Origin: an uncultured Bacillota bacterium | GTDB taxonomy: Bacteria; Bacillota_I; Bacilli_A; RFN20; CAG-288 | DNA: 64,000 nt | Assembly (NCBI GenBank): GCA_949284445.1 | Contig: CASDVP010000009.1 | Span: 14,609-78,608 of the forward strand | Direction of reading: 5' to 3' | Shown: piece after piece, positions 1-11,135 of the stretch | Numbering within the stretch: position 1 is the stretch's first letter | Layout of the letters: every line of letters starts with the position of its first letter | The notes under the pieces: generated by a model | What the model saw: only the letters and a program-made list of their open reading frames with translations | Told to the model about the DNA's origin: nothing | The model's database searches: none | Made by a program: the position numbers and the translations under genes

Positions 1-1660
1 TTGTTTTAGTGTCATCGCTTGTCAAATAAAATCTGGCTTCGAAATCACTATAGAAGAAGCCATCAGGATCGATCTCTTTTTCAGTATCATCTTGTTTGGC
101 TCCAATTGTTAATTCGGCATCGAAATGATCATAAGCTCGAGGAGTCGAACCACTTATCAAATTGCCTTCTTCATCAAAGCAATCTTCAGCATACTCATCT
201 CTTTGATAATGAATTTCTTTGAAATTGTTATTTTCAAAGATTAATTCTAAGTTATAAATCTCTGAATAATCGATAGAATCATCTCTGTAGTTTAAAGTGA
301 TAGTTTCACCTTCAGATGTGATTTCTACTCCATTTGAAGCTTGATTGAAGAAGATTAAGTTTAACAAATCTTGGTTGATATAATTGCCGATACCATAGCT
401 GTAGTTTTGACTATAACTATAAGGTAGAATCGCTGGTAAAGAAGTGTATTCTTTAGCCTCTTCTTCTGAGATATAGCCGGTGAAGAAAGAGGAATCGGCG
501 ATCACATATTGCTTTTGGTTGAGAGTTTTATCACCATCCTTACTGATAAAATAGACATTATCTCCATATCTAGTGTAATAATCTAGATGAGAGGAGCCAT
601 CATAATCAGTGATCTGGTTATAAATAACTCCGTTATAGACTTGATAGGTGTTTGAATAAGTGCTTGGAGTCGAAAGATTTCTATTCTTAGAAGAGAAAGA
701 TAACGTTCCACCAGTTATCTTTTCAGATTCGTTTTCTATCGCTGCTGAAGTATATGAATTGATTTTATCTTCGTTGACATCGTTCTCGTTATCGCTGACA
801 CTGATTGAAATAGTTATAGAGGAAATATCAGGATTAGCTAGTGAAGAAATCATGATGATCGCTTCACCTCTTGCTACGCCCTTTAAAACACCATTGCTGA
901 CAGTAGCAACGCTTGGATTACTGCTTAAATATCTCAACTCTTTATTTGTGGTATTAGCAGGTGTAAAAGTGACATTGATCGGTAATTCTTCATTTATGCC
1001 GATCACTTTTCTGACAAAATCTGTCGAAATGCTAGTCGGTAGTATCTCATCTTGTTCAACAGTGATTTTGATGCTATCAGTAGCACCATTCTTACTTTTG
1101 ATGATTAAATCGGTAGATCCGACAACAAGACCTGTAACTTCTACTTGACCAGTTTTTAATGTGGCAGAAATTATTTTTTGATCATATTCTAAGCTCAAAT
1201 CATCTAAAGCGATTGTTTCTGGTTTTATAGCAAAGTTTATAGTTGTAGTTTCACCGACATTTATTGTCTTTTCTTCTTGCTCAAAAGTTATGCTCTCCTC
1301 ATCAGTGATAGTCACTTTTAAAGTCTTTGTAGTGCCATCATCGGTTTTGATAACCAGATCTGTTTGACCAGCTTTTAAACCGGTGATGCTGATGGTATCA
1401 TCAGTGATCGAATTGACATGAATCATTGTGGTATCGTAATCAAGAGTGATCTTTTGATTTTTATCAGAGGAGATGATCGAATATGTCAAAGATATATTTT
1501 CACCAACCTTTAACTTCAAACTTTCACTTGATGTTTGAATCACGGTTGAATCAACTTTCTCAGTGACTGAAGAACTAGTGTCTTGACAACTAGCTAAAGA
1601 CAATCCAAAAGCTGAGAGGCAAATCAAGCTTAATGCTAAATATCCTTTGTTTTTTTTCAT
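1..1660 (-). CDS. Surface lipoprotein, partial. The N-terminus is in the window and the C-terminus runs off the window start. It has Big_2/Ig-like segments.
   Basis: The ATG lies at 1660..1658 on the minus strand, with a GAGGTG RBS 4-5 nt upstream. The N-terminus reads MKKNKGYLALSLICLSAFGLSLASC, i.e. a signal peptide plus LASC lipobox. I translated the first and last codons by hand and the frame is open to position 2. The long-ORF track is missing here because there is no stop in the window. Plus-strand ORFs 19..222 and 660..1148 are short antisense artefacts. Confidence 0.55.
   Translation of the reverse strand, partial: MKKNKGYLALSLICLSAFGLSLASCQDTSSSVTEKVDSTVIQTSSESLKLKVGENISLTYSIISSDKNQKITLDYDTTMIHVNSITDDTISITGLKAGQTDLVIKTDDGTTKTLKVTITDEESITFEQEEKTINVGETTTINFAIKPETIALDDLSLEYDQKIISATLKTGQVEVTGLVVGSTDLIIKSKNGATDSIKITVEQDEILPTSISTDFVRKVIGINEELPINVTFTPANTTNKELRYLSSNPSVATVSNGVLKGVARGEAIIMISSLANPDISSITISISVSDNENDVNEDKINSYTSAAIENESEKITGGTLSFSSKNRNLSTPSTYSNTYQVYNGVIYNQITDYDGSSHLDYYTRYGDNVYFISKDGDKTLNQKQYVIADSSFFTGYISEEEAKEYTSLPAILPYSYSQNYSYGIGNYINQDLLNLIFFNQASNGVEITSEGETITLNYRDDSIDYSEIYNLELIFENNNFKEIHYQRDEYAEDCFDEEGNLISGSTPRAYDHFDAELTIGAKQDDTEKEIDPDGFFYSDFEARFYLTSDDTKT
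1650..1657 (-). repeat. Homopolymeric A8 tract (T8 on the plus strand) covering codons 2-4 (KKN) of the lipoprotein gene that starts at 1660.
   Basis: Read directly: ATG AAA AAA AAC on the minus strand. Confidence 0.9.
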
Positions 1661-1673
1661 ATTTCACCTCTTT

Positions 1674-4600
1674 TTATGCTTTAGGTGTGATGGTTAGTTC
1701 AATATAGAAATTGCTGTCTGGAATACTTAAGGAAATATAGTCACCAGTATAGTGGAAACTATATTCTTCTCTAAAGTATTTCTTTACATCATTTTCCATT
1801 GTGTAGCCAGTTATGGTGTATTTGTTGGTATCAGTTTGAGCGTTGTCATTTAACCAAGCAACTATTGTAGTTCCTGCTTTAACGCCATTATTTAAATCGA
1901 CAATAGGAGCATTAGAACCATATCCATTTCTGAAAGTGATATATTGTTCAACTTCACCGACAAAAGTAGGTGTATAAGTTGGATATTTAGCCGTGACAGG
2001 TGTGATGATTACTTCTTCAGCAGGCATAATGAATTTGATATTGAGTGTTGTAGATTTGAATGTAGTGATATCATTGAGCAATTCAACATCTGTACCAGAA
2101 GCAGTTTGAACTTTAAATTGTGGGCCATCAAGATATTCAATTTCATTGGGGTCATTTAATTTAATTTCGACATTCATTCTATGTCCGACATAGCCTTGTT
2201 CATAGGTATCACCCCAGCTAGAATCACCCTCCCTGATGGTCATAGAGATTCTGTCATCAGTGCTATTTAAAGTGATTGGATGCTTTTCTTCTTCGGTTAA
2301 GTCTAAAACAATTTCAGCATCTTCAGCAGGCATTGTGAATTGATATTCTCCACCTGTTCCTGCAGTTAAAGTAGTAGTTCCACTTGCGGTGACTAAAGAA
2401 ATAGAGTTAAGTGTGAAGCCGTTATTCACTGAACCTAGACCGATAGTTAATTCTTCACCAGCATTCACTTTATCTCCAGAATTGATTCTTTCACCATAAG
2501 CATTTGATATATTTACAGTGCCTATTCCTTCGGGCTTAGTAAATGTTAAACTGTGAGTTGTCACTGATTCAGTTGTAACTTTGATAGCAACATCTTTATC
2601 AGGCATGATGAATGAATATTTTTGATGCGAGTACTGGTTTGGAGTCAAATCGATTGTTTCATCATCTAAACTGACATCAGTGATCTTATAGCCTAGACTA
2701 TTATGGACAGTGAATTCGACTTCATCTCCAGGTAAGTAGTCATCGTCTAATCCAGTTATCGTATATGCTTCACTTTCTTCGTATGTCACTTTTCTTCTTT
2801 GAGCGACTTCAAAGACGATATTGATTTCACCTTCTTCAGGATAATCGAATGTCCAACCGCTCCAGCCTTCTTCACATGCTTTGCCTTCTTGATAATAGAT
2901 ATTAGTTATTTCATAACCTTCAACAGGCTTGGCTTCAATTTTTGCAGTATGACCAGGGGCTAATTCTGTGATTTCTTCACCACTCCAATCATCGTCATCA
3001 GTGATAGAATAGCTAGCGATAAATTCATTAGGTGTGACATTGATCTTCTTTGGCTGCCCGACAATAAAGGTGATAATGACATTCTCTTCAGGCATGGTGA
3101 ACTCAACTTCGTCACCATAACCGCTGGTATAAACATTGTCTCCAGTTTCAGTTTCGACTGTACAATCCACATAGTACCAACCTTCATCAGCGGTGACAGT
3201 AAATTCAACGTCATCACCTGGTGTGTAACTATCCTTTAATCCTTCTAATGTTAGATGTTCATCATTGACAAGAGTCACAGTCTTAACACCAACATATTCG
3301 GCATCTATTTCAATTCTAAAGCTGGTTTCATCGGTGATTGAATAGTTGTATAAATAATATAGATTGGGAGTATTATATGAGGGACTTGCAAAACGTGAGG
3401 TAGTGCTCTCGTCCAAATAATAATAAATATCCTTGATTTTTGTTCCAGCCTTAGGAATCACGTAGAAATATAAGTCTTGTAGTTTATATTTTTGATCAAC
3501 CTTAAGACCATAGAAATCAACTAAAGAATCATCATATTCAATTGAGGTCAACGTTAAACCATCTTCGACTGGATCTGAAACAGGAGCAATGATCAATTCT
3601 GCATCGGCTGACGGCATCTTAAAAGTGACTTCATATTCACTGCTTGAAGCGGTGCTTTCAAAAGCATAAGATGTGCCGTTTACTAATAATTCATATGATG
3701 AGAATTTATATGTGCTACCTTCTTTGATACGAAGAACAACATCTTCACCTTCCGCGTATTCGTTTCCAACTTTGACATCATTTAAGACTTCACATCCTTT
3801 TTCAATAGTCTGAATAGAAGTGATGGAATAGGATTGAGCAGAGTATTCAGTAGTTAAAGTGACGGTGACAGCTTTGGCAGGCATTTCAAAGATGTATTGT
3901 TTGCCTTCAGTCACTGCTGTGAGCTTTACTTCACCATCATTCACTTTGATGTCTTTGAATAAATAATGAGGTTCTAATGTGATGTTTAAGGTGATGGCTT
4001 TTCCTTCTTTGGCTTTATCACCTTTTACACCATCAACTAATACTTCAACGCTTCCGCCGGTCACAGGTGCAACTGTAATATTGAAGCTCGGGATTTCAGC
4101 AGTGATGACTGTGACAGTCACATCGCTTGTTCCCATTACAAATTGATAACTTGATTGTTCAGTTGTCGCTGCTTGCACACCGCTCCAATTGATAGAAGTG
4201 AATGAGTGATCTTCGTCTATTTCTAAAGCAAAAACAACTGTTTGACCTTCTAATGCAGTAGTGACTTCTTTACCGCTGACAAAGAATTTTCCTGTAGCTC
4301 CTTCTCCTAATTTAGCAGTGAGAGTATGTGATGGGATATTTTCGACTGTCAATGTTAAGGAGACGTCTTGATCAGGCATCACAAAAGTATAGATATCAGG
4401 ATCGGTTTTTGATTGTGTCAACTGAACATCATCGCTTACGAGGTTTTTAACTCTTTGGGTAGTGCTAGTGGTTGTGACTCTCACTTCGATCTCGTCTCTA
4501 TAAACTGCACTAGCAACTTTTGTGTCATCTTTATAGAATTCAACTGTGAATCCTTCTATCTGATTGACGCTTAATGAGTGAGCGGAATAGACCTTATCTT

Positions 4601-4953
4601 TGAAAGTGACGGCTACTGAGACATCTTCGTCAGGCATGACGAAAGTATAAGTCACACCTTCTTTGACAGCAGTCGTTTGAACTTTTCCGTCGTTTACTAA
4701 AATACTTTCAAATTCTTTACCTTTAACGACTTGAGATATTGAAACAGTGACTGTTTCACCGGCTTTTGCAGAGGTTTTATCAGTGCTGACTTTAGCGTCA
4801 GTCGTTGATACGACACTTATCGAATGGGTTTCCTGTTTAGATGTTTCATTGCTTGAGGTGGGGGTAGTTTCACAACTCGTCAAAGCAGAACCTGTTGTCA
4901 AAGCAAAGGCAGAGAAGACTAATAATGCACCTAGAATACGTTTCTTTTTCATA
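1674..4953 (-). CDS. Large repetitive surface lipoprotein, about 1093 aa, with many tandem beta-sandwich/Ig-like repeats.
   Basis: The ORF track extends to 4982, but the internal start MKKKRILGALLVFSAFALTTGSALTSC at 4953 has an AAAGGA RBS 10 nt upstream and gives a classic signal peptide plus LTSC lipobox. A motif of the form YxFxMPxxDVxVxVxF recurs more than 8 times, for example TYTFVMPDEDVSVAVTF, YTFVMPDQDVSLTLTV, YQFVMGTSDVTVTVI, YIFEMPAKAVTVTLTT, YSFIMPDKDVAIKVTT. Confidence 0.75.
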
Positions 4954-4971
4954 AATTTCGTTTCCTTTCTT

Positions 4972-7581
4972 TTATTTGACAAAATTGAACGTTAAGTTAC
5001 CGTCTGATTGAACAACTTCTAAACTTATTTTATCAGCTTCAACTTCTAACAAATTGATTTCATCGACTAAATCTGCTGTATCTTTAATATAATAAGGGGA
5101 GATACTAGTAGCACTGATATAATCATTATAATTACCATATTGAGATATTGACCATTCAAATGTGATAGTTCTATCTCCGATTGTGATCACTGCATCACCT
5201 TGTGATAAAGAACTCGAGGTATAAGTGAATGTGAGAGTTGCATCATTAGCTTCATCAGTGAAAGTTCCATAGTAGTAATTGACAGAATAGAAAGTGGCAT
5301 AGCTTATATCTTTGTAAGCAGAATTTTTGAAATCACATTTAGTGCTGTTGAGTTTATTAGAAGACACTGCGTTTTCAGCTAAACTCGCTGTCGCACTGAA
5401 GCTATTAACATCATCACTTTCACCATCTAAGACCAGTTGATCACCATTGATCTTAACATTGAATTGGATTGGTGTGTCATTTACATAGATAGTGAGAACA
5501 CCGCCTTGTGCGATTTCAATTTTATTATTGATAGTGCCACTATATGAGCAATATAGATATGTTCCAACGATTTCATCTAATGTGATCGGTTTTAAGACTT
5601 TATAAGTCTGAGTGGTAGATATCCTTTCATTTGTTAAAGAAGTAACTTTAATTTTTGCTTCTCCTTCTTGTAAGAAAGTCACATCGAATGTGGTTTCTCC
5701 TTCTTCATTAGCAACAGCGGTACTAGCTACATTCGAAATCGAAACTATTTCTGGAGTCAATGCTTCAATCTTAACGTCTTGTATTGCATATGATGGTTCG
5801 ACTTTAGCGGAGAAATGATAAGTTTCACCTACATAATAATTGTTGTTATAATTCACATTTCTAATGGTTATTTTGTTAGGATCAGGAGCAGATATTTGGA
5901 TTGGTATTTCAGCCTGTATATCGTTGTAATCATTGCCGACAATGATCGTTGTATTGCCTGGCGAAGTCACTGAATAATTGCTGTAATTTTTAGTGATGTG
6001 TTTTTCATCGAAAGATTTGATATAAAAATTATCGGTGTCGATTGCAGTAGCTGGTAAGAATTGAATGCCCAAATCGGCTTCCTCAAAAGTATCACCAGAT
6101 CTCAGGTTTGCACCTATTCCAAAAACTGTTTGTGTAAAGTAAACAGTGGGATCGAAAAGGAATTCATCAACAGCTGTTCTTTCATCATAAGTAGCAGTGA
6201 ATGTTGAGGTGACTCTCTTATTTATAGTCGCATCTTCTTTTAAAACATAATCACCGGTGGTTGCATCTTTTTCAACATCGCTTGAATCATATTGATCTTT
6301 GATAAAGGTTGCTGAGGCTAGGTGGCTATCATTATCGAATTCAAGAGTGAGATCATAATTGTAAATATATGTGGTTGAATATGAGGAGTAATATTCAAAA
6401 TTACTACTTTCAACAATCAAAGCATCACCAATAACATCTTTGTATCGACTTGTTAACTTTAAGGCGCTTATATAGTCATCTAAATAAGTATCTGGCAAAT
6501 AAGCAGGATCGATCACTTGGTGCATAGTAGTCGATAAGAAAATCAATGTATTACCAGAAAAGCCAGCGACTTCTTTTTTAGCTTCTTCAAGAGTTATACC
6601 TTCTAATTCACTATCTTCAGTGATGATTCTTTCACTTTCAGCGTTGTTACTATTGTTACTCTCCACGATGTTGACATCATAAAATTGTTTATCATCGTAA
6701 TAATATGCGTGAGTATCGGTGATAGTTTTATCATCGACGACAGTTTTTTCTTGCTCATAAGTTTGGTTGGTATGATATGAAGTGGTTATGACTTTTTCAT
6801 CATTTGCTTCCGTGCTGTAATCAATCGTCTCTATCTTTAATTCGCTGCTGATAGCATTGTTTGAGAAGTTTACAGGTATTGTTTCTAATAAAGCATTTAA
6901 ATCATCAGCCGTCTCTACTAATGATAAAGGCTGTGAAAAACTATTTGGAGAGATGCTTAATAAATCAGGATTAGAGAAATCGACTTTAAATGAGAAATTG
7001 CCTTTGATTTCACTTTTGATCTTATCTTCTTCTTTATAGAAATATCTTTTTATCTCGTCAGTGGTTGATAATGATTCATAAGAAAAAATATCATCATCGG
7101 CTTTCACATAAAAAGTTTCGTTATAAAGAAGTGGAACATCGTTGAGTGTAAAAGTAAAATCACTGTTTTTAGTGAACGGATATTCTGATGTGTCAGTCAC
7201 TAGACTGATTGAAGCATACGTCGAATCAGTTTTCGTGAAGTCAATCTCATCAGATTCTTTTGATATGGAGATATCATAGACGCCTTCGTTGATGACGATT
7301 ATGTTGTCTGATTTGCCTTTTTTGAAGCTGCTTTGATCTTCTTGCTTGATATTGTCATAGGTGAGCTTTTTACCGCCTTCTAGCTTGAATGAATCGTTTT
7401 TTCTTAATGGCACATCAGTCAATTCGAATGAAGCTTCAGTCTCTTTGAAGGTGCTGTTAGCATCGTTGTTTCCTATCAATTTATATCCAGAATTGGTGGA
7501 GTTAGGACTTCCTTCACAGGAAACTAGACTTATTGCTAAAAAAGAAAAAGCAAAGAATACGATACTTTTTTTGTTCCGCAT
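4972..7581 (-). CDS. Surface lipoprotein, about 869 aa, with Ig-like/Big_2-like C-terminal modules.
   Basis: I chose the internal start MRNKKSIVFFAFSFLAISLVSC at 7581 over the ORF-track start at 7644. It has an AAAGGA RBS 10 nt upstream and an LVSC lipobox. Near the C-terminus is a Big_2-like stretch: EGETTFDVTFLQEGEAKIKVTSL. Confidence 0.75.
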   Translation of the reverse strand: MRNKKSIVFFAFSFLAISLVSCEGSPNSTNSGYKLIGNNDANSTFKETEASFELTDVPLRKNDSFKLEGGKKLTYDNIKQEDQSSFKKGKSDNIIVINEGVYDISISKESDEIDFTKTDSTYASISLVTDTSEYPFTKNSDFTFTLNDVPLLYNETFYVKADDDIFSYESLSTTDEIKRYFYKEEDKIKSEIKGNFSFKVDFSNPDLLSISPNSFSQPLSLVETADDLNALLETIPVNFSNNAISSELKIETIDYSTEANDEKVITTSYHTNQTYEQEKTVVDDKTITDTHAYYYDDKQFYDVNIVESNNSNNAESERIITEDSELEGITLEEAKKEVAGFSGNTLIFLSTTMHQVIDPAYLPDTYLDDYISALKLTSRYKDVIGDALIVESSNFEYYSSYSTTYIYNYDLTLEFDNDSHLASATFIKDQYDSSDVEKDATTGDYVLKEDATINKRVTSTFTATYDERTAVDEFLFDPTVYFTQTVFGIGANLRSGDTFEEADLGIQFLPATAIDTDNFYIKSFDEKHITKNYSNYSVTSPGNTTIIVGNDYNDIQAEIPIQISAPDPNKITIRNVNYNNNYYVGETYHFSAKVEPSYAIQDVKIEALTPEIVSISNVASTAVANEEGETTFDVTFLQEGEAKIKVTSLTNERISTTQTYKVLKPITLDEIVGTYLYCSYSGTINNKIEIAQGGVLTIYVNDTPIQFNVKINGDQLVLDGESDDVNSFSATASLAENAVSSNKLNSTKCDFKNSAYKDISYATFYSVNYYYGTFTDEANDATLTFTYTSSSLSQGDAVITIGDRTITFEWSISQYGNYNDYISATSISPYYIKDTADLVDEINLLEVEADKISLEVVQSDGNLTFNFVK

Positions 7582-8069
7582 AATATTTTTGTCCTTTATG
7601 GCATATACTCTACAAAACCAGAACATTTTTGTAAAGAATGACAAAAAAGTAGTTTTTATTTAATTTTTCTATATAAAAACAGTATTGAATTTTAATGTGT
7701 TTAAATAAAAAGAAGTAAAAAAGCCTAAAAATAAATCAAAAGAGAAAAAATATTGATAAAATTAGAAAGCCAAATTTGATTTTAAATTGCTAGCGGTGAT
7801 TGATATTAAATTTCCGGTCTTAAAAATAATTATTAGTAAGCGCTTACACTGATTCATGAATTTTTCTGTTATCAATTCTTAAATTGCGGGTGTTGTTAAT
7901 GCTTTTTTATAAAAAATGAGTATATTTTCGATTATTATTGATATTGAAATGAAAATTATCAGTATTTTTAAATATCTGATATCAAAGAAAAGCAATATCA
8001 CTTGTTATTTTTATAATACTTGGAAATTTTATATACTTTTTTAGTTAACAAAACAAAGGAGTGAAGCTT

Positions 8070-9494
8070 ATGAATAAAGTTCTAAAACGAACATTTATTA
8101 TTGCTAGTGGTTTTTTGTTATGCGCCTGTCAAGCAAGACCACAGAGCAGTGTTTCGACTATACCACCACAACCAGAAGGTCTTTATACTAGATTGACTAG
8201 AGCTATTTCAGCCTTGAACAATTTTTCTGCATCTGGAACATTAGAATATGCTGCTTATGATTTACAGGGCGGAACAACTCTTGATCAATCTACATATTTA
8301 TTAGAAATCGATCTCGCCGATGAATCATATTATTATTCTGAAAATGATTTAGCGACTGGTGAAGTCATCTTTGAAGAACGTTTCATCAAAAATGAGCAAG
8401 GCAGGTTTGTTCAAGAGAGCTTGAATTACAACACTAATACAGTCGATGAAATCGTTTATACCGAGAATTATGATGATGTTATGGATAATCCTCTTTTAGA
8501 TATCGAAGTTCAAGACTTAGATGCGATCAAGGGGCAACTAGATTGGTATGATATCAAAGATTTATCATTAGCAGCGTTAGCCACTCAATTTTTAACTGGA
8601 TATGACACTGTTTCAGAGGATGCTTTGAGCGTCGCTCAATACGCGATTCATTATGATGGTGAATATTTTGATCAGATGAGAATATTAGTAGAAGCCTATG
8701 ATGATTATTTAGAGCCTACTTATGGTGAACAATATTTATTCACATTGCAGCTCAGTCAGTTTGGAACTGCTGAAACCAAAGAGATCACACCATTTGAAAC
8801 CACTAGCAATCATACTGCATTGCAGATTGGCTTGAATAAATTAGCCAGTGCTAAGAATATGACTGTCAATGTTTCATCACAATCTATCGATGGCAAAACA
8901 ACTTATGATGAACATAGTTATATGCTCGATTTCGAAAATTATATTTTCTTAGATCCTGTAGTTTTCACTAAAAACATCTATGAGAACGGAGAAGTGGTCA
9001 GCACTCATCAATGCTATTCGGTTTATAAACAAGTCGGTGAAAACATCAACCTTAACGATAATCTCACCAGCAATGATGGAACACTGATGATCTTCGATTT
9101 AGATGCTGAGACGAATGAAGTGGTAGATTCTGATGATTTCAACGAATATTATGGAACTAATGGAAATTATAATTTCACCACTTTGATTCCATATTTCAAT
9201 CTTCTTGCTGCTGCTTGTTATAAAGACACTGGTGATATGACTTTTAAACCATATATCACCACTTATGATTATGCGACAGCTGCTTTCATCCCGTTCGGTG
9301 CTAGTTATGCGATGTCATCTTCAAAGAATAATATGACTATTTATGTAAAAAATAATTCTGTAGAAAAAGTAGAACTCACCTATTCTGAACAAGATGATTC
9401 AGGATTTGGAACCGTGAATAAAGCTGATGTCATATCATATGATGATTTAGATACTACTGTCATTCCAGACTATGTTTTAAATTTGGGAGAATAA
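8070..9494 (+). CDS. Putative lipoprotein, 474 aa, function unknown.
   Basis: ATG at 8070 follows an AAGGAG RBS at 8056-61. The ORF track begins at an upstream GTG at 8061. The signal peptide MNKVLKRTFIIASGFLLCAC has cysteines at the predicted cleavage region. Confidence 0.7.
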   Translation: MNKVLKRTFIIASGFLLCACQARPQSSVSTIPPQPEGLYTRLTRAISALNNFSASGTLEYAAYDLQGGTTLDQSTYLLEIDLADESYYYSENDLATGEVIFEERFIKNEQGRFVQESLNYNTNTVDEIVYTENYDDVMDNPLLDIEVQDLDAIKGQLDWYDIKDLSLAALATQFLTGYDTVSEDALSVAQYAIHYDGEYFDQMRILVEAYDDYLEPTYGEQYLFTLQLSQFGTAETKEITPFETTSNHTALQIGLNKLASAKNMTVNVSSQSIDGKTTYDEHSYMLDFENYIFLDPVVFTKNIYENGEVVSTHQCYSVYKQVGENINLNDNLTSNDGTLMIFDLDAETNEVVDSDDFNEYYGTNGNYNFTTLIPYFNLLAAACYKDTGDMTFKPYITTYDYATAAFIPFGASYAMSSSKNNMTIYVKNNSVEKVELTYSEQDDSGFGTVNKADVISYDDLDTTVIPDYVLNLGE

Positions 9495-9498
9495 TGAA

Positions 9499-11130
9499 AT
9501 GAAAAATAGAAAATTATTGAGTATTTGTGCTATCGCTTTTTGCGGATTAGCGTTAGCGAGTTGTCAAAAAGGTAGCAACACCACAAGTTCAACTGAGCAA
9601 TACACTAAGACCGACTATACAGATGGTTTGATCTTTGAACTGAACGAATCCCAAGATGGTTATATCGTCACTGATTATTTATCTATCGAAGATGAAGTTG
9701 TCATCCCTGAGTTATATGCTGGTTTACCAGTCAGAGAAATCGGTGCTGAATGCTTCCAATATGATGACATTGTTGAGATCGAATTGCCGAGATCTTTAAG
9801 AAAGATTGGTGATAGAGCGTTTGAAGGTGTCAACGGATTGATTGATATTGTCATTCCAGAAGGCGTTGAAGAGATTGGAACTGAAGCTTTCTATTATAGT
9901 TCAACGATGGAAAGCGTCACTTTACCTTCAACTTTAAAATCGATCGGCTCATCTGCTTTCGGTTTAGCCACTGAATTCAATGAGATTAATGTCGCTGAAA
10001 ACAACCAATATTTTAAAGATATAAGCGGTGTTTTATACAGCAAAAATGGAACGGTTTTATATTGCTATCCTCAAGGAAAAGCTAACACCACTTATGATAT
10101 ACCAGACACCGTTACCACTATCGCTGATCGCGCTTTTTATGCCTCTACCAATCTGACTTCAATCACCATTCCTGAAAATGTCGAATCTATCGGTTTTAGA
10201 TCTTTAGCAGCTTTGAGTAACTGCACACAGATATCTATCAATCCGACAACTTCTAAATTGAAAACCATCGGTGCTAAAGCGTTTAGTGAAAATAGGAGCA
10301 TTCAATCATTTATCATTCCTAAATCGGTAACTTCTTTAGGTGAAGGTGTTTTTTATGGTGATAGTTCATTGACAGCTGTTTCATTTATGAACACGATGAC
10401 AAGTATCCCAGATTCTTTCTTTGAAAGTTGTTCAAAGCTTAAGACTGTAGTCATTCCATCGACTGTTACTTCAATCGGTAAAAGCGCCTTTGAAGGTTGT
10501 GGTGCTATCTCTGTATTAGATTTACCTGCAAATCTAGAGACGATCGGAGAAGGTGCATTTAATGCTTGTAAATCATTAACTAGTGTTACAATCCCTTCAA
10601 AGGTTACTGCTCTTCCTGAAGATGTATTCGGATATTGCTCTAATCTCTCCAGAGTCACTTTACCTGCTGGATTAAAGACTATTGGAACTAGAGCTTTTGC
10701 TGGTACTGCTTTAACTGCTTTAGATTTAAAAAATACACAGGTTGAAAGCATTGGTGCAACTGCCTTCTTCCAAGTGGATTCCTTGACTGATGTCAATTTT
10801 CCTAGCACTTTAAAAGAGATTGGAAATCAAGCATTCCAAGGTACTAGTATCGCAAATCTCGAATTGAATGAGGGCTTAGAGAGTTTAGGAGAATGGGCTT
10901 TTGGTGATATTCATGAGTTAGCTAATGTTTATTTGCCTTCTACCTTAAAAGAAGTTGGTCCCTGCTGCTTCCAATGGAATCAAATCGGTGAAGGTGTGGT
11001 AAATTATTACACACCTTTAGCAAGTATTCCTTCTACTTGGGATGAAAACTGGGTTGTTGAAACAGCTGCTAATATTCATCTTTCTTCTTCTTTAGATGAA
11101 TACCATAATGCTATTGCTACTACAGAATAA
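9499..11130 (+). CDS. Lipoprotein with BspA-type leucine-rich repeats (LRR_5-like).
   Basis: N-terminus MKNRKLLSICAIAFCGLALASC (LASC lipobox). It has more than 15 tandem repeats of about 23 aa of the form xIGxxAFxxCxxLxSVxIPxxVxx, e.g. IGDRAFEGVNGLIDIVIPEGVEEIGTEAFYYSSTMESVTLPSTLKSIGSSAF. This is the hallmark of BspA-like LRR surface proteins. Confidence 0.8.
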   Translation: MKNRKLLSICAIAFCGLALASCQKGSNTTSSTEQYTKTDYTDGLIFELNESQDGYIVTDYLSIEDEVVIPELYAGLPVREIGAECFQYDDIVEIELPRSLRKIGDRAFEGVNGLIDIVIPEGVEEIGTEAFYYSSTMESVTLPSTLKSIGSSAFGLATEFNEINVAENNQYFKDISGVLYSKNGTVLYCYPQGKANTTYDIPDTVTTIADRAFYASTNLTSITIPENVESIGFRSLAALSNCTQISINPTTSKLKTIGAKAFSENRSIQSFIIPKSVTSLGEGVFYGDSSLTAVSFMNTMTSIPDSFFESCSKLKTVVIPSTVTSIGKSAFEGCGAISVLDLPANLETIGEGAFNACKSLTSVTIPSKVTALPEDVFGYCSNLSRVTLPAGLKTIGTRAFAGTALTALDLKNTQVESIGATAFFQVDSLTDVNFPSTLKEIGNQAFQGTSIANLELNEGLESLGEWAFGDIHELANVYLPSTLKEVGPCCFQWNQIGEGVVNYYTPLASIPSTWDENWVVETAANIHLSSSLDEYHNAIATTE

Positions 11131-11135
11131 ATATT

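Noticed and set aside
10353-10808. The 151-aa minus-strand ORF inside the LRR lipoprotein gene. The same applies to the other antisense or embedded ORFs in the track: 660..1148, 1944..2159, 2960..3217, 4747..4995, 5612..5818, 13140..13543, 25526..26069, 26608..26984, 27856..28092, 40741..40938, 49959..52710.
   Set aside because: Each lies entirely within, and antisense to or out of frame with, a long motif-supported gene. None has an RBS or a recognisable motif. These are typical spurious ORFs in repetitive or AT-rich coding DNA.
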